Assembly (NCBI GenBank): GCA_964573095.1
Contig: CAZNIK010000001.1
Coordinates: 56,507 to 120,506, forward strand
Direction of reading: 5' to 3'
Source: an uncultured Candidatus Saccharibacteria bacterium
GTDB taxonomy: Bacteria; Patescibacteriota; Saccharimonadia; Saccharimonadales; 2-12-FULL-41-12
DNA: 64,000 nucleotides
Each line of letters opens with the position of its first letter. The stretch's first letter is position 1. Shown in pieces: positions 20,413 through 29,198 of this stretch. The notes beneath the pieces are model-generated. The model was not told the origin of the DNA. It saw nothing but the letters and a program-made list of their open reading frames with translations, and did not search any database. The position numbers were made by a program, and so were the translations under genes.

Positions 20413-21663
20413 CTACAGTGCTATTTTGCTGTGATCGTCGACTGGAGCCTCCGGTGGCGGGGTGTTGCTTGGTTCGACAACGGTTTGCGTTGCTGGGTCG
20501 ACGACGTTGCCGACTCCCGCTTCTGCCTCTGCCATTGCCTTAAGGTCGGGAGTCTTGGTAAGGTCGTTGATTGGTTCGATGACTTTCTTTTTTGGAGAAT
20601 CGTCGAGGGGGTTTTCTGGTTTGTGGGGTTCGGCTTGGGTAGGTGGTGTGGGGCCCTCCTCTTTTACTGGGGGTGGTGTCTGGGTTGGGCTCACGACACC
20701 AAGACTTTCAGCTCCGTTAATAATGCTTGGGTTTGGGGTTGCTTGCTTTGGTTCTTCCTCTGTGTTTGTGGCTTTGGCTTCTGCAACTTCCTCTTGTTGA
20801 AGTGCCTCGGCGAGACTTGGGCCGACGACACTAACGGGCTTGGGATTTTCTGTTGCTACCGGCGCGGCAGGTGGTGGTGTCGTTTCTTCGCTCGGTGGAG
20901 TTGGTAATTCAACTTTGATTGCCGGTTCGGTTGCTTCAACGGGTGGAGCGGGTGTGGGGGTCGCCGGTGCAGCCGGAGCTGTTGCAGCTACTGACTGAGT
21001 TTCTTCGGCGCTGACGGGTTGTGCGGGCGGAGTCTCAATATTCGGTGCTGTGCCAACTGGTGGGTCAAGCTCAACCGGTGTTGTTGTTGGTTCTGCGCCG
21101 ACAGCTTCTTTGGTTTTTGGCTCGGTCACTGCTTGGGCTTGGTCTTGCTGTGGGGCTGTGTTTTCGGTCGTTGCCACTACGGGATTGGTAGGGTTGACTT
21201 GCTCTGTAGTCGCTGCAGCTTGGGGTGTCGCCGGTTCAGTTGTTGGATCGACGGTGGTAGCTCCATCGACTCCAGTAATTGGGGCGTCACCAGAATTGTC
21301 TTGCAGGACATCTTTTACAGCTTTTGCGACATCTTCGAGTGTAACCTGTGATTTTACAAGGTAACGATCGGCGCCGAGTTTATCAGCCCGTGCTTTATCT
21401 TCTGCCTGGGAAAGAGCCGTCATCATAATTACTTTGGTGTTTTTTGTTTCTGGCGCGTTTCTAAGGATGTCAAGCATATCAAAGCCGCTAATTCTTGGCA
21501 TCATCACGTCAGAAATGATGAGATCTGGCTTTTCTTTTACGGCAAGCGCCAAGGCTTCTTCTCCGTCTTTGGCGGCTACAATAGTGTGCCCTTCAGCAAG
21601 CAAGCGGGCGCCATAAATTTCCCGAAGGTTGTTGTCGTCCTCAACGAGCATTATTTTGGCCAT
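20413..21663 (-). CDS. Response regulator receiver domain protein with ~290-aa Pro/Thr/Ala/Glu-rich disordered C-terminal tail
   Basis: The N-terminal 120 aa is a CheY-like REC domain (MLVEDD...DLIISDVMMP...KVIMMTAL...K). The rest is low-complexity PT/E-rich sequence with no output domain. It lies downstream of the kinase in the same operon. Confidence 0.7.
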   Translation of the reverse strand: MAKIMLVEDDNNLREIYGARLLAEGHTIVAAKDGEEALALAVKEKPDLIISDVMMPRISGFDMLDILRNAPETKNTKVIMMTALSQAEDKARADKLGADRYLVKSQVTLEDVAKAVKDVLQDNSGDAPITGVDGATTVDPTTEPATPQAAATTEQVNPTNPVVATTENTAPQQDQAQAVTEPKTKEAVGAEPTTTPVELDPPVGTAPNIETPPAQPVSAEETQSVAATAPAAPATPTPAPPVEATEPAIKVELPTPPSEETTPPPAAPVATENPKPVSVVGPSLAEALQQEEVAEAKATNTEEEPKQATPNPSIINGAESLGVVSPTQTPPPVKEEGPTPPTQAEPHKPENPLDDSPKKKVIEPINDLTKTPDLKAMAEAEAGVGNVVDPATQTVVEPSNTPPPEAPVDDHSKIAL

Positions 21664-21735
21664 ATTGTATACCTATCCCCTGTTTCTCGTATTCATTTTA
21701 TAACGAAAGTATATCACGTTTATGCTTCGTTCTTA

Positions 21736-23070
21736 CTAGATCAAGCTCGATGCTTGCTTTTCTTTCATTTGAAGTGTTTGGGCGCGTTGTGAAGTAAGTC
21801 TGGGGAGGTTAATAAAAAAAGTGCTGCCTTTGCCCAGCTCGCTTTCGGCCCAGATTGTGCCGTTATAGAGTTCGACGATCTTTCGACAGATAAACAGGCC
21901 AAGGCCCGTTCCGCCGATGGATCTTGTGGCTGAGTTGTCAACTCGGTAGAACTTTTGAAATAAATGAGGTATATCACTCTCTGGTATACCCGCACCCGTA
22001 TCTCTAATGCTGATTTGGACCACTGTGTCATTGCCCGTGATTCCGAGCGATACTTTCCCGCTATCAGTGTATTTTGTTGCGTTATCAAAAAGATTTGTAA
22101 TTACCTCTCTCATGCGGTCGGGGTCAACCAACACGAAATACAGTGGTTGAATCGTTTTGCCTTTGATGCTCGCATCGATAACGCTGTTGTCTCCCATGGG
22201 GTTGGAGTTTGTAACAAATTCTATGCCTAAACCTTTCTTTTCTGCGCCAAATCGCAAGTCTTCAGCAAGCTGCTCAACAAAGCTCCCCATTTCAGTTACG
22301 ACTGGATGACTTGTAAGCCGCCCGTCCTCTGCTTTTGCGCTCGTCAGAAGATCCTGGAACAGTTTGCCAAGATGCTGAGTGCTCGCGTGAGCTTTTTCCA
22401 AATATTCGCGGGCTCGGGCATCGATATTGCTCACTTTGTCATTGAGCGCCAACGCCAGGTAGCCTTCAATTGCGGCAACTGGTGTTCTCATTTCATGGCT
22501 CGCGGTGCTGATAAACTCTGCCCGTTGCTCTTCTTCGGAGCGTTCCTTACTTACGTCGCGAAACACTGCAATCGAACCTACTAATTCGTTATTTTTTGGG
22601 GCAACGACTGGCGAAATAACCAGCGAGATAAAGACGTGCTTATTTGCCCGATCTACGAGCGGAACTGTTTGGCTAAAACGCCCCCTGGTCGTAAGTACTG
22701 TTGTAAAAGGATGATCATTGTCTGAAACGGTAATATTATTTTTCTCATCGCTCAAAATACGAAGCACTGTCTTTGCATCAAAGCCCAGGGCTTCATCTAT
22801 TGGCCAGCCGGTCATTTCAGAGGCAGCTTTATTAAACAGGGTGATGGTTCCCTTCATGTCGGTCACGATCACACCGTCGCTTAGTGACTCTATGAGCGTC
22901 TCGGATTGGAGATCCTTGCTTTTGGCAACGTTTTTTACTAGTGTTTTATCGCTCGCCTTGCCTTCGCCCTTTTTTAGACCTCGCACAACCAACAGCACGC
23001 GAACTGATGCTGTAATTATTATCGCAACAATAACAATAGTGATAATGACTGTCAGCATCACCGAACCCAA
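21736..23070 (-). CDS. Sensor histidine kinase (TM-PAS-HisKA-HATPase_c)
   Basis: N-terminal TM helix, a PAS-like segment, H-box (ISTASHEMRTPVAAIEGY), then N/G1/G2 boxes (GTGLGLFICRKIVELYNGTIWAESELGKGSTF). Confidence 0.8.
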   Translation of the reverse strand: MGSVMLTVIITIVIVAIIITASVRVLLVVRGLKKGEGKASDKTLVKNVAKSKDLQSETLIESLSDGVIVTDMKGTITLFNKAASEMTGWPIDEALGFDAKTVLRILSDEKNNITVSDNDHPFTTVLTTRGRFSQTVPLVDRANKHVFISLVISPVVAPKNNELVGSIAVFRDVSKERSEEEQRAEFISTASHEMRTPVAAIEGYLALALNDKVSNIDARAREYLEKAHASTQHLGKLFQDLLTSAKAEDGRLTSHPVVTEMGSFVEQLAEDLRFGAEKKGLGIEFVTNSNPMGDNSVIDASIKGKTIQPLYFVLVDPDRMREVITNLFDNATKYTDSGKVSLGITGNDTVVQISIRDTGAGIPESDIPHLFQKFYRVDNSATRSIGGTGLGLFICRKIVELYNGTIWAESELGKGSTFFINLPRLTSQRAQTLQMKEKQASSLI

Positions 23071-23213
23071 GTACTGCTTTGATTGAGCTTATGCATATGC
23101 AGTGGATTATAGGCCATCCAGGGGTCGATCAGCTAGTGCTTTTCGTCCTGCGTGGACATTCTACCTCTGTTATGCTAGACTCTCATATGCATTCCTCGTT
23201 CACGGTCTGCCAA

Positions 23214-23232
23214 ACGGCCTCATCGTCTAACG
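23214..23232 (+). repeat. 19-nt duplicate of the 5' end of tRNA-Glu (acceptor + D-arm: ACGGCCTCATCGTCTAACG)
   Basis: Exact match to 23359-23377, which is the 5' end of the intact tRNA-Glu, but not followed by the rest of a tRNA. Confidence 0.6.
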
Positions 23233-23260
23233 TGAGAACTGCCAGTGGCAGTTTGCAAGG
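23232..23260 (+). repeat. Hairpin element copy 1 (GTGAG-AACTGCC-AGT-GGCAGTT-TGCAAGG)
   Basis: 29 nt, 24/29 identical to 23508-23536. The two stem differences (A:T to C:G and C:G to G:C) are compensatory, so the 7-bp stem is preserved in both copies. Confidence 0.55.
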
Positions 23261-23360
23261 CCGCAGGTGCGGCGGCACCGAGGAGGGCCCGACGGATTTT
23301 TTAGCAAAAAAATACCGGTGAGTCGATTCCAATCGAACCTTAAATAAGCGCAACATTCAC

Positions 23361-23435
23361 GGCCTCATCGTCTAACGGTTAGGACACCAGGTTCTCATCC
23401 TGGCAATCGGGGTTCGATTCCCCGTGAGGTCACCA
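23361..23435 (+). tRNA. tRNA-Glu (anticodon CUC)
   Basis: 75 nt by manual cloverleaf: acceptor GGCCTCA/TGAGGTC, anticodon stem CCAGG/CCTGG with loop TTCTCAT (CTC), T-arm CGGGG-TTCGATT-CCCCG, and an encoded CCA. Confidence 0.85.
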
Positions 23436-23443
23436 CGAAAAAT

Positions 23444-23469
23444 AGCTCAGCAGATGCTGGGCTTTTTTC
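23444..23469 (+). terminator. Hairpin + T6 run immediately after tRNA-Glu (putative intrinsic terminator)
   Basis: AGCTCAGCAGATGCTGGGC forms an imperfect stem and is followed by TTTTTT at 23463-23468. Confidence 0.4.
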
Positions 23470-23507
23470 GTGTTCAACGAGGATTGTGCACCGATTGCGG
23501 CAATCGG

Positions 23508-23536
23508 GTGAGCAGTGCCGGTGGCACTGTGCAAGG
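23508..23536 (+). repeat. Hairpin element copy 2 (GTGAG-CAGTGCC-GGT-GGCACTG-TGCAAGG)
   Basis: Homologue of 23232-23260 with covarying stem positions. It is preceded by a 17-nt palindrome CCGATTGCGGCAATCGG (23491-23507). Confidence 0.55.
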
Positions 23537-23594
23537 GAGTCAACTCTTGTAAACTGGTTTGCAAAGACGTTGCGACGGGCTCGCCGAAGGTGAG

Positions 23595-23616
23595 TCGATT
23601 CCCCGTGAGGTCACCA
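23595..23616 (+). repeat. 22-nt duplicate of the 3' end of tRNA-Glu (T-loop/acceptor/CCA: TCGATTCCCCGTGAGGTCACCA), att-like
   Basis: Exact match to 23414-23435. It is preceded by GGTGAGTCGATTCC, a 14-mer also present at 23317-23330 just upstream of the intact tRNA. Confidence 0.6.
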
Positions 23617-23671
23617 AAGTAGAAATGTTTACTTATACACGTGAAGTTGTTATGAGTTACAATATTAGAAT

Positions 23672-24886
23672 ATGGCAAATAAAAGTCTAGGTGCAGCAAA
23701 GAATGCAAAAAACGATGAGTTTTATACGCAGTTTTCTGATATCCAAAAAGAAATTGAAGCATACCTAGAATTCGATCCAGACACCTTTCGTGGGAAGGTG
23801 GTGTATTCCAATTGCGATGACCCCTTTGAAAGTAATTTCTTTCGTTACTTTGCACTTAATTTTAACCGTTTGGGCTTAAAAAAACTGATTGCCACAAGCT
23901 ATAAACCGTCACCTATTGCAAACACGCAACTTGGATTATTTGGTGACGATATTACAATTCAGTCTGAAAAAGGCAGGCCAAATGTAACAGCAAATAAGTT
24001 CATTATTAATGAAGTGCATGATATGGATGGAGACGGTGCTTTCAACATCTCGGACATTGCTAAACAACTTAAGGCTAATAAAAATAACGAATGGGGGCCG
24101 CTCAAAGGTGATGGTGATTTTCGTAGTGAAGAATGCTTAGAGCTTCTAGAACAGTCTGACATCGTGGTTACGAATCCTCCATTTAGTCTTTTTCGTGAAT
24201 ACGTAGCACAGCTCATGGAGCACAAAAAGAAATTTTTAATTATAGGAAACATGAATGCAGTTACTTATAAGGAAATTTTTCCTTTGATCAAAGCCAATAA
24301 AATATGGTTGGGAGTGACGCGACAAGGCACTGGATCAATGTGGTTTCAGGTAAGCCAAAACATGCCAGAGAAAACAGGTCAAAGAGTGGATCAAAACGGC
24401 ATACGATACCAAACAATCGGCAATTCGGCGTGGTTTACTAACCTTGATCACGGGCGACGTCATGAAAAACTATCTTTAATGACGACTGATGATGTTGTCA
24501 AGTTTGGAACAAAAAAAGACCTCGTTAAATATGACAATTACGACGCAATTGAAATATCCCTTGTAAAGTATATCCCGAAGGATTACAGGGGCGTAATGGG
24601 TGTACCGATTACTTTTCTAGGAAAGTATAATCCCGAACAATTTGAAATTCTCGGTGCTACACAAAGAGGTTGCCATGATGAGGTTCCTGATACCAGAAAA
24701 TATGATGACTATTGGGAAGTAAGACAAGATGGCACGAATACTGGATCATCTGGCGGCAAAACTAACGAAAACGCAAATCTAGTTGGTAATGATGGTAAGA
24801 AAAACTACTTTATTAACAAGGATGGGCGGATTGTACAATCTGCATATCAACGAGTATTTATTAGACACAGGAAGGAAGCGACATGA
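23672..24886 (+). CDS. DNA N6-adenine methyltransferase, EcoRI-methylase-like family (NPPF catalytic motif)
   Basis: 404 aa. Catalytic motif [10 protein letters not shown] is present. The N-terminal block NDEFYTQ...[22 protein letters not shown]...[11 protein letters not shown] matches my memory of the M.EcoRI family; the family assignment is from recall, not a search. Visibly lower GC than flanking genes. Confidence 0.75.
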   Translation: MANKSLGAAKNAKNDEFYTQFSDIQKEIEAYLEFDPDTFRGKVVYSNCDDPFESNFFRYFALNFNRLGLKKLIATSYKPSPIANTQLGLFGDDITIQSEKGRPNVTANKFIINEVHDMDGDGAFNISDIAKQLKANKNNEWGPLKGDGDFRSEECLELLEQSDIVVTNPPFSLFREYVAQLMEHKKKFLIIGNMNAVTYKEIFPLIKANKIWLGVTRQGTGSMWFQVSQNMPEKTGQRVDQNGIRYQTIGNSAWFTNLDHGRRHEKLSLMTTDDVVKFGTKKDLVKYDNYDAIEISLVKYIPKDYRGVMGVPITFLGKYNPEQFEILGATQRGCHDEVPDTRKYDDYWEVRQDGTNTGSSGGKTNENANLVGNDGKKNYFINKDGRIVQSAYQRVFIRHRKEAT

Positions 24887-26046
24887 TAACCACACTAAAA
24901 ACAGATATTATAATACGAGAAATCGTTGAAGGATTTGAATACAACGAACTTGAAGGCAAAGGTCTATTTGGTCTTTCAGGTAAGCTAACCATCCAGCCTG
25001 AATATCAAAGAAATTATATTTATGCTGATGGCAAAAAAGACGTTGCAGTAATAGAAAGTATTTTGAAAGGCTATCCTATTGGTGTTCTATACTTCAACAA
25101 GATAGATGATGATAAATACGAAGTACTAGACGGCCAACAGCGAATAACAAGTATCGGGCGTTTTATTAAAGGTAAATTTGCAGTTAAAGACGTAAATGGC
25201 CACGAACAATACTATAGTGGCATGTCAGAAGAACAGCGTAAGTTGATCCTAGATAAAGAACTACTTATATACATTTGCGAAGGTGAAGAACAGGAAATGA
25301 TGAAGTGGTTTGAAACCATTAACATCGCTGGCGTACCTTTGAAATTGCAAGAAATAAGAAATGCCGTTTACCACGGACCTTTCGTTAATAAAGCAAAAGA
25401 GATTTTCAGCAACAGTCAGGATGCCAATGTTCAAAAATGGAGCACCTATATTGCGGGTGAAGTTAAGCGTCAGGACTTTCTCGAAACAGCATTAGATTGG
25501 GTAAGTAACGGCAATATAGAAGCCTACATGAGCAATCACCGCAATGATGACAATATCGATGAACTTAAAACCCACTTCGACAAAGTTATAGATTGGGTCT
25601 CTTATACATTCACGGACGTACATAGTGAAATGCGAGGGCTTGAATGGGATCGTCTCTATAAAGAATATGGCTCTAGTTCATACGATCCTAAAAAAATCGC
25701 AAGCAAAGTTAAAGAACTTTATACAAGCTATGAAGTGCGTAGGAAGAAAGGTATTTTCGAGTACATTCTTAGCGGTATGGATGATCCGTCTTTGCTCGAG
25801 ATACGGATATTTGAACCTTCAACTATCAAGACAGCCTATGCACAACAAACGGCTAAAGCTGAAGAAGAAGGAGTGTCGAACTGTCCTATTTGTGCTTCAG
25901 GAAGCAACAACAATAAAGACCGAATTTATAAATTATCGGAAATGGATGCGGATCATGTAACTGCATGGAGTAATGGCGGTGTGACCGACATAAGTAACTG
26001 CGAGATGCTGTGCAGTACTCATAATCGCGCAAAAGGCAATAGATAG
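24883..26046 (+). CDS. DUF262 (ParB-like nuclease, DGQQR motif) + C-terminal HNH endonuclease; GmrSD/SspE/BrxU-like
   Basis: 387 aa. The N-terminus [11 protein letters not shown]...[14 protein letters not shown] is the DUF262/ParB-N signature. The C-terminus CPIC...[32 protein letters not shown] is an HNH (His-Me finger) motif. The start ATG overlaps the MTase stop (ATGA) and is preceded by a GAAGGAAG Shine-Dalgarno sequence. Confidence 0.75.
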   Translation: MITTLKTDIIIREIVEGFEYNELEGKGLFGLSGKLTIQPEYQRNYIYADGKKDVAVIESILKGYPIGVLYFNKIDDDKYEVLDGQQRITSIGRFIKGKFAVKDVNGHEQYYSGMSEEQRKLILDKELLIYICEGEEQEMMKWFETINIAGVPLKLQEIRNAVYHGPFVNKAKEIFSNSQDANVQKWSTYIAGEVKRQDFLETALDWVSNGNIEAYMSNHRNDDNIDELKTHFDKVIDWVSYTFTDVHSEMRGLEWDRLYKEYGSSSYDPKKIASKVKELYTSYEVRRKKGIFEYILSGMDDPSLLEIRIFEPSTIKTAYAQQTAKAEEEGVSNCPICASGSNNNKDRIYKLSEMDADHVTAWSNGGVTDISNCEMLCSTHNRAKGNR

Positions 26047-26062
26047 AAGATAGCTCTAAATC

Positions 26063-26923
26063 ATGAATTTAAAGAAAATATATAATAGCACCACCACCCT
26101 GGAAGAATGGCTCTCATATAAAGGTTCCACTGAAGATGGCGAGAGTTCTTATTTTGAGAACAAGGAAGTTGGCATTGATTTGAACACGACAACTCCAAGC
26201 ACAGTTGGCGACTTCAAGCTTCGCATCGCAAAAGAAATGTCTGCATTTGCTAATACTGATTCAGGGATTATAGCACTCGGAATTGATAGCAAGCTGCAAG
26301 TTAATAATCTGACTGCTCGTCTAGAGGATTGGCTCGATAAAAATATTCGAGATATGCTGGAGCCGCAACTATCAGGTATCGCTCTTAAAACATGCACAGA
26401 TTCTGCTGGCAACGAGTTTGTCTTGATGTATGTGCCCAAGGGCAATGTTATTCCGTACAGGGCGAGTTCCGTGAAAAGCTGTGAAAAAGAAAAAAAGAAT
26501 TTGCGGGAATATTTCCAGAGAACTGGTACCAATAGCGTACCCATACCTATGCCCATAGTTCGGAGCCTGTATCTATCAAATGAACGCGCAACAGACGTGT
26601 CAGCTCGCGTAAAGCCAGTCGCAGTCCATCTAGGTGATGAGGAGGAGCAGCCATATATCGAGTTGGGTATAGAAATTAAGCCCGACCAGACGCGCCTTAT
26701 TAACGAATACTACCTCAAAGCAAGTGTTCTTCTCCTTGATGTAAACTTGAAGCCTCTGAATAAGGTAGCGATTGACCTCGTACCATTTGGACCAAATAGT
26801 CCACAACGACCTATAATTCCACCCGATAGCATTTATCCTATGAATGAATTCGGTACGGTAAGCGTAACAAGGATGAATATTAACTTTTCGGATAAGTCGA
26901 GTGATTATCACTCGGGGTATTGA
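26063..26923 (+). CDS. AlbA_2 / Schlafen-like (putative DNA-binding 'divergent AAA') domain protein with uncharacterised C-terminal domain
   Basis: The N-terminal 150 aa fits the AlbA_2 pattern (YFENKEV...EMSAFANTDSGIIALGIDSK...NEFVLMYVPKGNVIPYRA...YFQRTG). The C-terminal ~130 aa was not recognised. The gene is AT-rich like the two preceding genes. Confidence 0.5.
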   Translation: MNLKKIYNSTTTLEEWLSYKGSTEDGESSYFENKEVGIDLNTTTPSTVGDFKLRIAKEMSAFANTDSGIIALGIDSKLQVNNLTARLEDWLDKNIRDMLEPQLSGIALKTCTDSAGNEFVLMYVPKGNVIPYRASSVKSCEKEKKNLREYFQRTGTNSVPIPMPIVRSLYLSNERATDVSARVKPVAVHLGDEEEQPYIELGIEIKPDQTRLINEYYLKASVLLLDVNLKPLNKVAIDLVPFGPNSPQRPIIPPDSIYPMNEFGTVSVTRMNINFSDKSSDYHSGY

Positions 26924-27075
26924 TAATACTAACAAAATCGGTGCCCAAGCCAGTTATTATAATATATTTATAAGGTTTGGACGATTTATCGCAACTACCT
27001 CATTATTTTAAGCAATAATACCCCAAAGCGAATATGCTTTTCTCTTTCTTATTTGTTTTCCTCCACCTATAATGA

Positions 27076-29184
27076 GTGCCAAGAAGAAAGCGAAAATATT
27101 TAGTGGTACCAGAAATAGATGAGGCTATCGAACAAGCTGTTGCGGAGGGTGTTCCTCCGCAAAACATTGCCAGTAACCTAATTGCCAAGGGTTGGCCCCC
27201 AAAGCTTGTGAATGAGGTAGTGCATTCGTGGCTGCTGTATCATGGGCGCACCTATAGCAAAACTGGATTCAAGACATGGGTTTCGAGCTATAAACAAAAG
27301 GCCCTTATCCCGGCGCTGATCGTGATTTTTATCAGCGTTATTACGTCTTCGATTGCGTTGCTTCGTCCCTGGCCGACAAAGATAATGGTCGATTCGGCGT
27401 TTGGTAATGTTCCGGCGCCGGACTGGATTGGCGACTACACCAAGCCGGCCACTCTCATCCTTGTGACGTCGTTAATGACGGTTGCGATTTTTGTTTCTGG
27501 CGCGCTGATCGGTTCTTTTCGAGATTACATGGTTTTTAAGTTGAGCTTTCGTTTGAACCGTGATGTCAAGGAGGAGTCGCTGCGGCACATTCTGCACCTG
27601 CCGCTCTACCAGAAGGGTCGTCTAAGCAAAGGAGATTACATCCATCGCCAGAACACCCTTACCAATAGTCTGTCGGAATATGTGCTGGGTACCACAGCCG
27701 CGATTGCACAGTCGATAATCATGGTTTTTGGGATACTGCTCGTTATGCTGAGTTTTAGTGTTCGATTGACTGTGATAAGCATCATAATACTGCCCGTTCT
27801 ATTTATTCTTACAAAGGTCTACGGTCCGCGCCTTAGTCAGATTTCTCGGAAGCTTACAAAAAATTCGAGCTATGCAACCTCGATTATTACCGAGTCAGTC
27901 GATAACGCTGAAACGGTTCAAGCGTATAGTCTTGAGGAAAAACAGATAAAAAAAGCTAACCAGCTATGGCTTCAAAGCTATGACTACTCTCGGAGTGGTT
28001 TGCTCTGGGGCAGAACCTATCGTTTCACGAATGGACTTCTTATTGTGCTGGCAACAGCGACGGTGATGTATTTTGGTGGCACTGCTGCGCTGAATCGAGA
28101 AATATCTCTTGGTGAACTACTGATATTTATGACGTACATGGGCTACTTGCTTGTGCCCGTGCAAACCTTGGCTAGTCAGATTGCTGCGCGGAGCCAGAGA
28201 AAGGCGGATGTCGAAAGGGTGTATGAGGTGCTCAGCGACTACCAAGGGGTTGAAAATCTACGCGCCGATAAGCATTTTCCGATCAGCAAGGGGCGGATTG
28301 AACTTCAAAATGTGAGCTATTCTTATGGGGATAGCATGGTGCTGAACAATGTGAGCTTGACTGTAGAAGCTGGTCAGAAGATTGGCATTATTGGGCCGAG
28401 CGGCAGCGGCAAAAGCACACTACTAAAGCTCCTGCCGCTATTTCTCGAACCGACGATGGGAAAAATCATGATTGATGGAATTGACGTGCAAACAGTTTCG
28501 CTTCGAGAACTTAGGCGCGCGATTGCGTGGGTCAGCCAGACGCCCCAGCTCTTTAACGAAAGTATTGGCGACAACTTACTGGATAGTGACCCATCAAGAC
28601 ATGTTTCGCACCAAGAAGTTGAGCGAGCCATAGATGTTGCTGATATGAAGGACTTTGTCGTAAAACTGCCGTCCAATATTAATACCGTCGCGGGAGAGAG
28701 TGGGAATAATTTGAGCGGCGGGCAGCGTCAGCGTGTTTCGCTTGCCCGAGGACTGTTAAAAAACTCTCCAATTATTTGCATGGACGAACCAACTTCGGCG
28801 CTTGATGGTAAAAGCGAAAAGAAAATTCATGATTCAATTCTCCAACTCGTTGAAGGTAAAACTGTGATTTTAGTTACGCATCACCAGTCTTTGCTAAGCC
28901 TCATGGACGTAGTGTACGTCATGGAAAATGGAACGTTGGTGAATGTTGAGAGTCTTGGGGGGCTCGATAACTATCTTCTGAAGATGAATGATATGGAGGC
29001 GAAGGATATGAAAAAACAAGCGGAGCTTGAGGAGGCTCGACTGGCCGAGCAAATTCTAAATGAACAGAACCGAAAAAGGCTAGAAGAACTTGAAGCCGAC
29101 AACGAAGCCCTACAGCAAAAGGCTGATTTCCGGTCAACATCCTCCCCTTCTTCGGATGACGTGACGATTTTTATCAATCACTGA
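27076..29184 (+). CDS. ABC transporter, fused permease/ATP-binding exporter (type I ABC exporter) with N- and C-terminal extensions
   Basis: 702 aa: a ~60-aa soluble N-terminus, a 6-TM domain, then an NBD with Walker A GPSGSGKST, signature LSGGQRQRVSLARGLL and Walker B ICMDEPTSALD, followed by a C-terminal coiled-coil tail. Confidence 0.8.
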   Translation: MPRRKRKYLVVPEIDEAIEQAVAEGVPPQNIASNLIAKGWPPKLVNEVVHSWLLYHGRTYSKTGFKTWVSSYKQKALIPALIVIFISVITSSIALLRPWPTKIMVDSAFGNVPAPDWIGDYTKPATLILVTSLMTVAIFVSGALIGSFRDYMVFKLSFRLNRDVKEESLRHILHLPLYQKGRLSKGDYIHRQNTLTNSLSEYVLGTTAAIAQSIIMVFGILLVMLSFSVRLTVISIIILPVLFILTKVYGPRLSQISRKLTKNSSYATSIITESVDNAETVQAYSLEEKQIKKANQLWLQSYDYSRSGLLWGRTYRFTNGLLIVLATATVMYFGGTAALNREISLGELLIFMTYMGYLLVPVQTLASQIAARSQRKADVERVYEVLSDYQGVENLRADKHFPISKGRIELQNVSYSYGDSMVLNNVSLTVEAGQKIGIIGPSGSGKSTLLKLLPLFLEPTMGKIMIDGIDVQTVSLRELRRAIAWVSQTPQLFNESIGDNLLDSDPSRHVSHQEVERAIDVADMKDFVVKLPSNINTVAGESGNNLSGGQRQRVSLARGLLKNSPIICMDEPTSALDGKSEKKIHDSILQLVEGKTVILVTHHQSLLSLMDVVYVMENGTLVNVESLGGLDNYLLKMNDMEAKDMKKQAELEEARLAEQILNEQNRKRLEELEADNEALQQKADFRSTSSPSSDDVTIFINH

Positions 29185-29198
29185 TGTCTTAAGACAGG

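Noticed and set aside
20431-21364. Several 100-160-aa ORFs on the plus strand (Trp/Cys/Gly-rich translations) inside the response-regulator tail region
   Set aside because: They are antisense or out of frame to a long, better-supported REC-domain gene. Their odd W/C/G-rich composition is what a Pro/Thr/Ala/Glu-rich coding repeat looks like in other frames.
23214-23300. Possible second tRNA gene upstream of tRNA-Glu
   Set aside because: Only the first 19 nt match a tRNA. The remainder cannot be folded into D, anticodon or T arms, so I treated it as a fragment or scar.
23595-23616. Possible tRNA gene downstream of tRNA-Glu
   Set aside because: Only the last 22 nt (T-loop/acceptor/CCA) are present, with no 5' half. 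I treated it as an att-like direct repeat.
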